DNA from: Chlamydiales bacterium
GTDB taxonomy: Bacteria; Chlamydiota; Chlamydiia; Chlamydiales; SM23-39
Length of the DNA stretch: 32,000 bases
Direction of reading: 5' to 3'
Assembly: GCA_965261025.1 (NCBI GenBank)
Contig: OZ253438.1
Location: 720,001-752,000, forward strand
A model generated the notes under the pieces. The model searched no databases. It worked only from the letters and a program-made list of their open reading frames with translations, and was not told where the DNA came from. Of the stretch, positions 9,327 through 16,994 are shown one piece after another. The translations under genes and the position numbers were made by a program. Positions within the stretch are counted from its first letter, which is position 1. Each line of letters opens with the position of its first letter.

Positions 9327-10485
9327 TTCGTCCCAATTGTACTACTTTTTCTGCTGCCTCTTCCAAAGTGGTTGTAGCCTGGATTGGTAAAGAAGAGCCC
9401 TCTAAAAGTTTTGTCCCCTTATCCGCCCGATTTCCCTTCATTCTAACCACAATAGGAACCTTTACCTGTAATTCTTTTGCAGCATGCAAGATTCCCTCTG
9501 CTATCAATTCACAATTCATGATCCCTCCAAAAATGTGGACGAAAAGGGCTTTTACCTTTGAGTCTGACAAAATAATCCGAAATCCCTCAGCAATTTTATC
9601 TTTGGAAGCTCCTCCTCCCACATCTAAGAAATTAGCAGGCCTGCCTCCATAAAGCTGAATCATATCCATAGTGGCCATAGCAAGGCCTGCTCCATTTACC
9701 ATACATCCGATATTCCCTTCCATGGCTATATAGGAGAGATCAAACTCTTTTGCTACCGCTTCTCTTTTAGTAAGTTGTGAAGGATCATAGTAAATGGCTA
9801 GTTCTGGATGACGAAATAAAGCATTGTCATCTACCGTAAATTTGGTGTCTAAGATCCAAAAAAGCCCTTCTGTATCCTCAACAAAGGGATTGATTTCCAA
9901 AAGAGAAGCCTCCGTTTCCATAAAAAAAGCAGCCAGTCTCGTAAAAATCTTTTTTCCTTGCTCTTTTTTCCTTCCTTCCCAATGCATAAATTTACAAAGC
10001 TCTAGCAAATGATACGAATAAAACTTTCCTTCTATAGAGAAGGGGATATACAAGATATCTTGAGGCTTTTTCTTTGCTACTTCCTCAATCTCTACTCCCC
10101 CCGATTTACAAGCCATAAGGGTAGGTTTTGCTTTTTTTCGATCGATAAAAAAACTAAAGTACATCTCTTGTACTATATCGATGGGCTTTGTAATCAACAC
10201 TTTTTCCGATATAATCCCCTCTTTTCCTGTTTGCTCATTTACGAGTTTCATCCCATGCAGTTTTGAAAAGCTAGAAAGGATTTCTTTTTTCCCCCTCGCC
10301 ATTTTCACTCCACCCCCTTTTCCTCTTCCCCCTGCATGCACTTGAATCTTCATGACAGCGCTTTCTAGATTCAGCTCTTCCAGAATAGTTTCTACTTGAG
10401 CAGTAGTAGAGGCCACACCAAAATCTGGGATAGGGAGCCCCTTTTGGTGTAACAATTTTTTTACCTGGTATTCGTGCAGATGCAT
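9307..10485 (-). CDS. sucC: Succinyl-CoA ligase beta subunit
   Basis: N-terminus [12 protein letters not shown], an ATP-grasp region with GGRGKGGGV, and a 392-aa full-length ORF. Its 3' end overlaps the sucD start by 20 nt. Confidence 0.95.
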   Translation of the reverse strand: MHLHEYQVKKLLHQKGLPIPDFGVASTTAQVETILEELNLESAVMKIQVHAGGRGKGGGVKMARGKKEILSSFSKLHGMKLVNEQTGKEGIISEKVLITKPIDIVQEMYFSFFIDRKKAKPTLMACKSGGVEIEEVAKKKPQDILYIPFSIEGKFYSYHLLELCKFMHWEGRKKEQGKKIFTRLAAFFMETEASLLEINPFVEDTEGLFWILDTKFTVDDNALFRHPELAIYYDPSQLTKREAVAKEFDLSYIAMEGNIGCMVNGAGLAMATMDMIQLYGGRPANFLDVGGGASKDKIAEGFRIILSDSKVKALFVHIFGGIMNCELIAEGILHAAKELQVKVPIVVRMKGNRADKGTKLLEGSSLPIQATTTLEEAAEKVVQLGRNGHLGK

Positions 10486-10547
10486 TTTGCGGAGCCTTTC
10501 TTTGAATTTCCTTATCTGTTACACTCCCTTTTTCCTTCAACCAGAAA

Positions 10548-11459
10548 ATGGCTATGTTTCAATCCGTTTGGGAAAAACTTAAAAATTCTTTTCAAAAGAT
10601 CCGCTCTCAGCTGGGATCTAAAATTAGACATCTGTTTTCTAAAAAGGCAGAAGAGACCTCTTTTGAACATTTGGAAAAATTGCTTTTTGAAGCAGATTTA
10701 GGATCTTCCCTGTCTTTAGAGCTAGTAGATAAAGTACGAGACCTTTTCACTCAATCCAAAGATCCCTCTCAAGAAGAGGTTATTGATCTTTTAAAAGAAG
10801 AACTTTTAGCACTTTTTGATACCCCTAACAGGGCTGAGAAAAAGGGGTTTCCTCACGTTGTTTTACTAGTAGGAGTAAATGGCTCTGGAAAAACAACCAG
10901 TACAGCAAAACTAGCCGAAAAGTACAAGCAAGAGGGAAAAAAAGTACTCCTAGCAGCCTGTGATACTTTCCGAGCTGCAGCAATTGAGCAACTGCAAAAA
11001 TGGGCTAACCAAATAGGAGTGGATATAGTCTGCTCCAAACCTCATAGCGACCCCTCCTCTGTAGCTTTTGATGCAATTAGTTCTGCTATAGCAAAAAAGC
11101 ATGATGTGGTCCTCCTCGATACGGCAGGAAGACTTCACACTAAAGTAGACCTTATGAAAGAGTTAAATAAAATTTACCGAGTTTGCCAAAAAAAACTGCC
11201 TGAAGCCCCTCATGAAACGCTTTTGGTACTGGATGGAACTACAGGACAAAACGCGCTAGATCAAGCTCGTCTTTTTCATAAATTTGTTCCCCTTACAGGG
11301 ATTATCTTAACCAAACTGGAAGGAACAGCAAAGGGGGGAATTGTTGCGGCTATTAAAAGAGAACTTCAATTGGATACTTTATGGGTAGGAATGGGAGAAA
11401 AAAAAGAGGACCTCCTCCTTTTTGAACCGAAGGCCTTTGTAGAAGCCCTTCTACAATAA
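10548..11459 (+). CDS. ftsY: Signal recognition particle receptor FtsY (short form, N+G domains only)
   Basis: GTPase motifs GVNGSGKTT, DTAGR and TKLEGTAKGG. The N-terminus is amphipathic (MAMFQSVWEKLKNSFQKI). At 303 aa there is no acidic A-domain. Confidence 0.92.
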   Translation: MAMFQSVWEKLKNSFQKIRSQLGSKIRHLFSKKAEETSFEHLEKLLFEADLGSSLSLELVDKVRDLFTQSKDPSQEEVIDLLKEELLALFDTPNRAEKKGFPHVVLLVGVNGSGKTTSTAKLAEKYKQEGKKVLLAACDTFRAAAIEQLQKWANQIGVDIVCSKPHSDPSSVAFDAISSAIAKKHDVVLLDTAGRLHTKVDLMKELNKIYRVCQKKLPEAPHETLLVLDGTTGQNALDQARLFHKFVPLTGIILTKLEGTAKGGIVAAIKRELQLDTLWVGMGEKKEDLLLFEPKAFVEALLQ

Positions 11460-11483
11460 AACTACTTCTGCTACTTTCTATCT

Positions 11484-12224
11484 ATGGAATACGTAAAACT
11501 CATACAGGATACGCTTTATTGGATACAGCAGGAAAAAAAGACTTTCCTCTATTCACAAAATCTTCTTTTCTCTCCCCAAAAACCGTTAAGTTCTTTTCGT
11601 TCTACTGCGAAACAACCCCTTGCGGTAGAAGGGTCTTTGACAAAAGAAAACTTGCTCGAGAAAAAGGAAAAAGACAAAATCCTCTCTATTCCAGAAAAAA
11701 AAATCCTAAAAGAGCAAAGGGTTTTTACCAAAGATCTCTCCCTCTCCTTTTCCAAAATCAGAACTTTTTACAAAACTTACTACCCTTCTATGAAGCTTTT
11801 AGAAAATCCCCTGGAAGATGGTTTTAGCAAAAAAATAGCCAAAGCCTACATCTATAAAAATCAGGCTAGTGAAATAACCCTTTTAGCCTACTGTGTGAAA
11901 GAAAAAGATCTCCTTTTTCTAAAAGCACTTGCCAAGGCCATCTCCCTCTATTTCTTCCCTTGCAAAGTCTTAGAAAATACAAAAGAGATGGATTGGCTAT
12001 CTTTTCTTACAACACCCCATCTTAAAGGTATCATTGCTACTGAATACGCCCTTTGGGAAAAGGGATCTCCCCAGTCTTTTGTAAAGGAAATTCCCAGTCA
12101 ATCAGAATGGTTCCTCCACAATACTCCTCTCTTTTTTCTAGATAAGCTTTCGAGTTACTATAAAAATCCTTACAAGAAAAAAACTCTGTGGAATGAGTTA
12201 TGCCAAAAACTGTCAAACCTATAG
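11484..12224 (+). CDS. Hypothetical protein (246 aa)
   Basis: Long ORF in the same orientation as ftsY and priA. Its 3' end overlaps the priA start by 25 nt. No motif recognised. Confidence 0.55.
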   Translation: MEYVKLIQDTLYWIQQEKKTFLYSQNLLFSPQKPLSSFRSTAKQPLAVEGSLTKENLLEKKEKDKILSIPEKKILKEQRVFTKDLSLSFSKIRTFYKTYYPSMKLLENPLEDGFSKKIAKAYIYKNQASEITLLAYCVKEKDLLFLKALAKAISLYFFPCKVLENTKEMDWLSFLTTPHLKGIIATEYALWEKGSPQSFVKEIPSQSEWFLHNTPLFFLDKLSSYYKNPYKKKTLWNELCQKLSNL

Positions 12225-14443
12225 AACCCCTTTTTTGTTCTGTTGTTCTGGATGAAAGATTTCCTAAACCTCTAGAATATGAGATCCCTTTCTCTTTGCA
12301 TTGTAAAGCCTCTATAGGCTCTAGAGTCGAGGTTCCCTTAAAGGGAGGAAAAAAAAAAGGGTATATTGTCTCTTTTCATAAGAAAAAAAACTTCCCTTCG
12401 GTAAGACCTATCTTACAAGTGCTTTCTCAAGAACTTTCCTTTCCTAAAGAGCTTTTTCCCCTGGCTGAGTGGATCTCCTCTTATTACGGATGCTCTCTAT
12501 CCAAGGCATTCCACTCTATGATTCCCAAAAGTGTGAAGGAAGAAATTCGTCCCAAAAAACGTCTTTTTATAACACTAAAATCCCCTAGAAAAGAGATAGT
12601 AAAAATCCTCCCCTCTTTTCGAGAAAAAAAACCCCAAAGAGCTTTGGTTTTAGATTTTCTTTTAAAACAAAAAAAGAGTGCCTATCTGCAGGAAATCCTA
12701 CAAGCTACTAAAATATCTAAAGCACCCATTGAAGCTCTTGTTCGAGAGGGGATTCTCCACTCCCAGGCTTTACTCTCTTCTGAGGAAGATTTTTTTTCTG
12801 ACGTAGAATTTTTCCCTACCGAAAAAAAGCCGTTAAATGAGCAGCAGAAAAAAGCCTTAGAATCGGTGCAAAAACAACTACATACTTTTGCTGTTTTTCT
12901 TCTATACGGCATAACAGGAAGTGGAAAGACTGAAGTATATTTACAACTCATCCAAACTGTTTTACAAAAAAAAAGAAGCGTTCTTATTCTAGTTCCAGAA
13001 GTGGCCCTTACCTCTCAGCTCATAGAAAATCTACGTTCCAGGCTTCAAAAGCCTATTCATGTGTTCCATCATAAAAAAAGCCAAGGAGAAAAATACCAAA
13101 GCTGGCAAAAAATTCAACAAGAAGAAGGAGAAATTCTTATAGGAGCTCGATCTGCTGTTTTTGCCCCTTTGAAAAACTTAGGGCTTATCGTAGTAGATGA
13201 AGAACATGAGTCTTCGTATAAACAAACTGAAGAGAGTCCCACATATCACGCAAGAGATATCGCCGTCATGAGAGGTAAATGGCAAAATATCCCCGTTCTC
13301 TTGGGAAGTGCCACTCCTTCTTTAGAAAGCTTTTATAATACCCAAACAGGAAAATACCAACTTCTTACTCTCCTTAAAAGGGCAAATAACCAGCCCCTTC
13401 CTAAGGTAAAAATTGTCTCACAAAAAAAAGAATGGGAAAAACAGGGAAGCTTTACCCATTTTTCCCAAGAGCTCCTACAAGGCATACAAAAGAGGGTTTC
13501 TCTAGGGGAGCAAACCCTTCTTTTTTTGAACAAAAGAGGATTTTACTCTTGTAAAATTTGTAAGGGCTGCTTAAAGCCCTACAACTGTCCTCACTGCTCT
13601 TTGTCTTTAACTTTTCATAAAAAAGAAAATACCTTGCTTTGTCACCTTTGCGGGTATAGAGCTTCTCTTTTACAAAAATGTCCTTCTTGTAAGACTTTCC
13701 AAGCAGGAGATTTCAAAGGCTTTGGAACCCAGCATGTAGAAGCTAGTTTACAAGCCCTACTGCCTGATATTCGCGTGATTCGAATGGATCGAGATACAAC
13801 ACAGAAAAAAGAGTCCTCTGAAAAGATCTTTCAAGAGTTTCGAGCAGGAAAAGCTGACGTGTTAGTTGGAACGCAAATGATTGCTAAAGGACTTCATTTT
13901 CCCAAAGTAACCATGGTAGGCATTTTAAACCCTGATTTTTTATTCCATATCCCGGATTTTCGAAGTTCTGAAATGCTTTTTCAACTCCTTACTCAAGTTT
14001 CAGGTAGAGCTGGAAGGGAGGAAGTAGCAGGAGAGGTAATGATTCAGACTTTTTTCCCAAACCACCCCCTATTTGCTTTAGCAGCAAAAGGAGACTTCCT
14101 CTCTTTTTATGAAGGAGAGATGAAACAAAGAAAGCTATTTTCTTATCCTCCTTATCAAAGGATAATCCGCCTTATCTTTTCAGGAGTGGAAGAAAGCAAG
14201 GTGGCAAACAAATCCGCAACTTTCTTTCAAAAACTAAAAGAAGAACTTAGCCCAGAGGTAAAAATTTTACCTCCTCTTCCCTGCGGCCATGCAAAGATTA
14301 AAGATAAATTCCGATTTCATATTTCTGTTTTTACAAAAAACGTAACAAAAACGATGGCCTCTATTCTTCCCTTAAAAGAAAAATACACCAGTTCAAGTCT
14401 TTTCATTTTTCTCGATGTGGACCCCTCTCAGCTATATTTTTAA
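12200..14443 (+). CDS. priA: Primosomal protein N' (replication restart helicase PriA)
   Basis: Walker A GITGSGKT and DEEH box (VVDEEHESSYKQ). A Cys-rich zinc-binding insertion is present (CKICKGCLKPYNCPHCSLSL...CHLCGY...CPSC). Length is 747 aa. Confidence 0.92.
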   Translation: MPKTVKPIEPLFCSVVLDERFPKPLEYEIPFSLHCKASIGSRVEVPLKGGKKKGYIVSFHKKKNFPSVRPILQVLSQELSFPKELFPLAEWISSYYGCSLSKAFHSMIPKSVKEEIRPKKRLFITLKSPRKEIVKILPSFREKKPQRALVLDFLLKQKKSAYLQEILQATKISKAPIEALVREGILHSQALLSSEEDFFSDVEFFPTEKKPLNEQQKKALESVQKQLHTFAVFLLYGITGSGKTEVYLQLIQTVLQKKRSVLILVPEVALTSQLIENLRSRLQKPIHVFHHKKSQGEKYQSWQKIQQEEGEILIGARSAVFAPLKNLGLIVVDEEHESSYKQTEESPTYHARDIAVMRGKWQNIPVLLGSATPSLESFYNTQTGKYQLLTLLKRANNQPLPKVKIVSQKKEWEKQGSFTHFSQELLQGIQKRVSLGEQTLLFLNKRGFYSCKICKGCLKPYNCPHCSLSLTFHKKENTLLCHLCGYRASLLQKCPSCKTFQAGDFKGFGTQHVEASLQALLPDIRVIRMDRDTTQKKESSEKIFQEFRAGKADVLVGTQMIAKGLHFPKVTMVGILNPDFLFHIPDFRSSEMLFQLLTQVSGRAGREEVAGEVMIQTFFPNHPLFALAAKGDFLSFYEGEMKQRKLFSYPPYQRIIRLIFSGVEESKVANKSATFFQKLKEELSPEVKILPPLPCGHAKIKDKFRFHISVFTKNVTKTMASILPLKEKYTSSSLFIFLDVDPSQLYF

Positions 14444-14465
14444 AACGCAAAATCAAAACGAAAAA

Positions 14466-14494
14466 TTGCTAAGAATTTTTCTATCGTTTAAAGT
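14466..14494 (+). promoter_or_regulatory. Putative sigma-70/66-type promoter of the 144-aa ORF
   Basis: TTGCTA (14466-14471), a 17-nt spacer, then TAAAGT (14489-14494), about 30 nt upstream of ATG 14525. It overlaps an AT-rich hairpin GAAAAATT-gctaag-AATTTTTC (14460-14481) that could instead be a weak priA terminator. Confidence 0.25.
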
Positions 14495-14524
14495 CTCCCC
14501 AAACTTTTAAAAAAGGAGTAATAA

Positions 14525-14959
14525 ATGTCCCCCGTAGAAAATAGCGCCCATTATACTGTTGGTTTTGAATTATACGACGAAGAATTTACTTCAAAGAGAC
14601 TTGAAGAGGAAGAGAAGCAGGAAAGTCAACTTGCTACTCGGGATGGACTACTGAAAAAAATATCATCAGGACCTGCTCATATCATAACGGTTGTGACAGA
14701 CGAATTCGATCCTACCTGCACCTGCGTAAATGCAGTTTCCGCTCACTATTTACTCCAACAGGGGCTGCTTTTCGTTTCAGCTACCCCTTCTAAGAACAAG
14801 ATAACGATAACAAGACACTACGACCTTTATTCGAGTGCAGAAGACACAACCAAAATGACAAACCTTAACAACTTAACAAAGCGGTTTCCTTTTGCTAAAC
14901 AAGTCTCCTCCCGAGAAGTGGTTATCGACCGAGTGGACTCTGCTGCTAACCTGAAGTAG
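14525..14959 (+). CDS. Hypothetical acidic protein (144 aa), orphan
   Basis: GGAG lies 6 nt upstream of the ATG. Codon and amino-acid usage (T, V, D, R, C-rich) look different from the flanking K/L/F/E-rich housekeeping genes. No motif recognised. Confidence 0.6.
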   Translation: MSPVENSAHYTVGFELYDEEFTSKRLEEEEKQESQLATRDGLLKKISSGPAHIITVVTDEFDPTCTCVNAVSAHYLLQQGLLFVSATPSKNKITITRHYDLYSSAEDTTKMTNLNNLTKRFPFAKQVSSREVVIDRVDSAANLK

Positions 14960-14984
14960 TCCCTTTCAATTTCCTACACGCTTA

Positions 14985-15009
14985 GGACCTAGACAATCCT
15001 GCTAGGTCC
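14985..15009. terminator. Hairpin between convergent genes (possible bidirectional terminator)
   Basis: GGACCTAG (14985-14992) pairs with CTAGGTCC (15002-15009) around a 9-nt loop. The downstream arm overlaps the TAG stop of the minus-strand dioxygenase gene. On the plus strand it is followed by CTTTCGATCTT. Confidence 0.35.
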
Positions 15010-15916
15010 CTTTCGATCTTCCCCTGGTCGGAGTGGCAAAATGAAAAGCTGGATTATCGGAATCTTCCCGTTTTTTTTGGTAATAAGTGGCCCTGTGCTC
15101 TCCTTCTGCTCCTCGATTTAAGGTAAAGAGCATAGCTCTTCTAGGCGTAGAACTGGCGTTTGGTTCTGAGTAGTGAGGGACAAAAGAAGTTATCAAGATC
15201 ACGTCCCCAGGCTGGCTTTCTAAAGGAATCCACTGTATCTGATCTGAAAATCTTTTTTCGATAGAGCCATGAGCTTTACCCCCTTTCACATAGGGCAAAA
15301 TTGCTTTACCTTGTCTTAACTTATCAGACTCCACTTCTGGATTTTCCATAAAAGTACTTTTCCAATCCTGAGCTACTTGCAGGCATCCGTTTTCCACCGT
15401 TGCCTCATCAATTGCAACCATGGCTGTTATATGGACTTTTGGTCCAAAAAAATCATAGGCTGGAAAATCCTGGTGAGGCAAAAAGGCTCCCCCTCCTGGC
15501 CATTTGAAATTTAACTTATCTTTAAATGGTATGTAAGATTCTCCCATCAAATTAGCAATAAAGGGAAGTAAGGTTCTTTCAATCAAGGAACACAGCCCTG
15601 GATAGCAGCTAAGCATATCTTCTGATCTACAAATCTGTTTTTGATTCTCTACCTCTGGAACAACGATTAAAGAACGAGGCATCTGATAGGCCAAGGCTTG
15701 CGGCGTAGTATCTAATCTCTCAGCCAGTTCTAACAACTGCTTTGATTCTTTGTGAATTTCTTCAGAGTATTCTCTCAAAAGCCTTACCTGCTCTTTTGAA
15801 TAAAAATTTCGGACTACCAGGTAGCCGTACTTATTAAAAAATATTTTCTGTTCCTCAATTTCTGAAGCCCAAGTATGAGCTAATCCCAGAAGTAAAATAA
15901 CCCATCTATACCTCAT
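15002..15916 (-). CDS. PhyH-family (phytanoyl-CoA dioxygenase-like) Fe(II)/2-oxoglutarate dioxygenase with an N-terminal signal peptide
   Basis: HxD motif in LPHQDFPAY. Family blocks ITAMVAIDEATVENGCLQVAQ and GDVILITSFVPHYSEPN...PRRAM are present. The N-terminus MRYRWVILLLGLAHTWA/SE looks like a cleavable Sec signal. GGAG lies 7 nt upstream, and the ATG overlaps the upstream stop (ATGA). Confidence 0.85.
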   Translation of the reverse strand: MRYRWVILLLGLAHTWASEIEEQKIFFNKYGYLVVRNFYSKEQVRLLREYSEEIHKESKQLLELAERLDTTPQALAYQMPRSLIVVPEVENQKQICRSEDMLSCYPGLCSLIERTLLPFIANLMGESYIPFKDKLNFKWPGGGAFLPHQDFPAYDFFGPKVHITAMVAIDEATVENGCLQVAQDWKSTFMENPEVESDKLRQGKAILPYVKGGKAHGSIEKRFSDQIQWIPLESQPGDVILITSFVPHYSEPNASSTPRRAMLFTLNRGAEGEHRATYYQKKREDSDNPAFHFATPTRGRSKGT

Positions 15917-16389
15917 TGAAATTCTCCTTCTTTATGTCTTTCGATAATTCTATTGATGATTTCTGTAGTAGAAATTCCTTTTGTATAAGGAACTGTCCGG
16001 AAGATACCCGCTTTCAAAGCAGCTCCATACTGATCTTCAATAAGAGCCTGATCAAAATCGTCTCCATGAATTACATAGTCAATTTCCCACTCTTTTATCA
16101 TTTCTTTTGTCAGCCTAATCGGGGGGGCTTCAATCACTTCATCTACTAAAGAACAGGCTCTAATTGTTCTTACCCTTTCTTCCAAGGTAAGCACAGGAAT
16201 CCTTTTGTATTCTCCTACACTCTCATCTGCAAGCACTCCTACTATCAAGTAATCCCCAAAAGATTTAGCTTGTTTTAAAAACTCAATATGTCCTGCATGA
16301 AATAAATCTCCTACGATATCCACATAAACCCGCGTCTTGGCTTGAAGCATGCTACAAGCTGCAAGAAAACAAAAAAACCATCGAACCAT
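15913..16389 (-). CDS. Cytidylyltransferase of the CCT/ECT/GCT (HxGH) family with a hydrophobic, lipobox-like leader
   Basis: GDLFHAGH supplies the HxGH motif and KGISTTEIINRI the RTxGISTT signature. Blocks RVYVD, YLIVGVLADE, VDEVIEAP and IDYVIHGDD align with eukaryotic choline/ethanolamine-phosphate cytidylyltransferase cores. N-terminus is MVRWFFCFLAAC. SD GAGAGG lies 7 nt before ATG 16389. Confidence 0.8.
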   Translation of the reverse strand: MVRWFFCFLAACSMLQAKTRVYVDIVGDLFHAGHIEFLKQAKSFGDYLIVGVLADESVGEYKRIPVLTLEERVRTIRACSLVDEVIEAPPIRLTKEMIKEWEIDYVIHGDDFDQALIEDQYGAALKAGIFRTVPYTKGISTTEIINRIIERHKEGEFQ

Positions 16390-16480
16390 AAAAAAACCTC
16401 TCGCTAAATTATCAAGAAATAGAAAAGCCTACCCTTTTTAGGAACAATATAGCATCAGATGCCGCACAGAACTGTTTTAT

Positions 16481-16489
16481 CCCCCCCCC
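16481..16489. repeat. Homopolymeric C9 (G9 on the minus strand) tract
   Basis: Nine consecutive C, 92-100 nt upstream of the minus-strand cytidylyltransferase start, inside a 507-bp ORF-free spacer. Confidence 0.9.
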
Positions 16490-16748
16490 TTCCTAAAAGC
16501 CCCTATATCGTCATCCGATCAAAAAGACTCATCCTATCCACTACAACAAAAAAGTAAGGGTAAGCAAATAAAGATAAATTAATCCCACTATGCGCATAAT
16601 TCCCCCTCAAACCAATTCACTAAAACCAAGCTGCAAGGTTCTCGGCAAGGGATTTTATACCCTTCCCAAGATTTAGGTTGCAATCGCAAAAGTTTTCTCT
16701 TGGGAAAATTTATGACAAAAGCGGGAAAGACCAGGACTTCCACCCTAA

Positions 16749-16771
16749 AAGATCACATATTTTGTGATCTT
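16749..16771. repeat. Perfect 9-bp inverted repeat (operator- or hairpin-like)
   Basis: AAGATCACA-tattt-TGTGATCTT. It lies about 80 nt upstream of the putative tRNA-His promoter. No U-tract follows on either strand. Confidence 0.5.
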
Positions 16772-16851
16772 GCCTAGACATCAAAACCTTCTACCATCCC
16801 CAATAGACAGAAGTATAGGAGAAGGGCCTCTAGCTTGTCCCCCTATTTCCT

Positions 16852-16881
16852 TTGACCAAAAACCTCTCTTTACGGTATAAG
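16852..16881 (+). promoter_or_regulatory. Putative sigma-70/66 promoter of tRNA-His (and possibly uppP-ftsK)
   Basis: TTGACC (16852-16857), an 18-nt spacer, then TATAAG (16876-16881). The predicted start lies about 8 nt before the tRNA 5' end. Confidence 0.45.
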
Positions 16882-16896
16882 GGTTCTGCTTTCTGT

Positions 16897-16971
16897 GGCG
16901 ATTGTAGCTCAGTTGGTTAGAGCGCTGGATTGTGGTTCCGGAGGTCGCGGGTTCGAGCCCCGTCAATCGCC
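16897..16971 (+). tRNA. tRNA-His (anticodon GTG) with genomically encoded G-1 pairing to C73; no encoded CCA
   Basis: Hand-folded cloverleaf. Acceptor stem is GCGATTG/CAATCGC, D arm GCTC..GAGC and anticodon stem CTGGA/TCCGG. The anticodon loop TTGTGGT gives GTG. Variable loop is AGGTC and the T arm GCGGG-TTCGAGC-CCCGT. An extra 5' G at 16897 faces C at 16971, as expected for bacterial tRNA-His. Confidence 0.95.
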
Positions 16972-16994
16972 CTTTTATTTAGGTAAGGTGCGCT

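Noticed and set aside
10271-10540. 89-aa minus-strand ORF overlapping the sucC 5' end. Also the plus-strand ORFs 10474-10701 and 11519-11827, which overlap ftsY and orf246 in other frames.
   Set aside because: These are alternative frames of recognisable genes with R/K/S-rich nonsense-like sequence and no independent support.
16348-16350. Internal Met14 as the real start of the cytidylyltransferase, which would remove the hydrophobic leader
   Set aside because: No SD-like sequence precedes it (GCAGCTTGTAGC-ATG), whereas ATG 16389 has GAGAGG at 7 nt. It is kept as the main alternative hypothesis in the finding and is not disproven.
16720-16745. GAAAGACCAGGACTTCCACCC as a possible SRP (4.5S) RNA domain IV
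   Set aside because: It does not reproduce the conserved GGAA/AGCA symmetric-loop motifs, and I could not fold it into the expected helix by hand. It needs a covariance-model scan before any claim.
14444-16971. Classical integrative genomic island at tRNA-His
   Set aside because: No integrase, excisionase or transposase is present, and I found no direct repeat of the tRNA 3' end. The islet is on the 5' side of the tRNA. Only compositional and positional hints remain.
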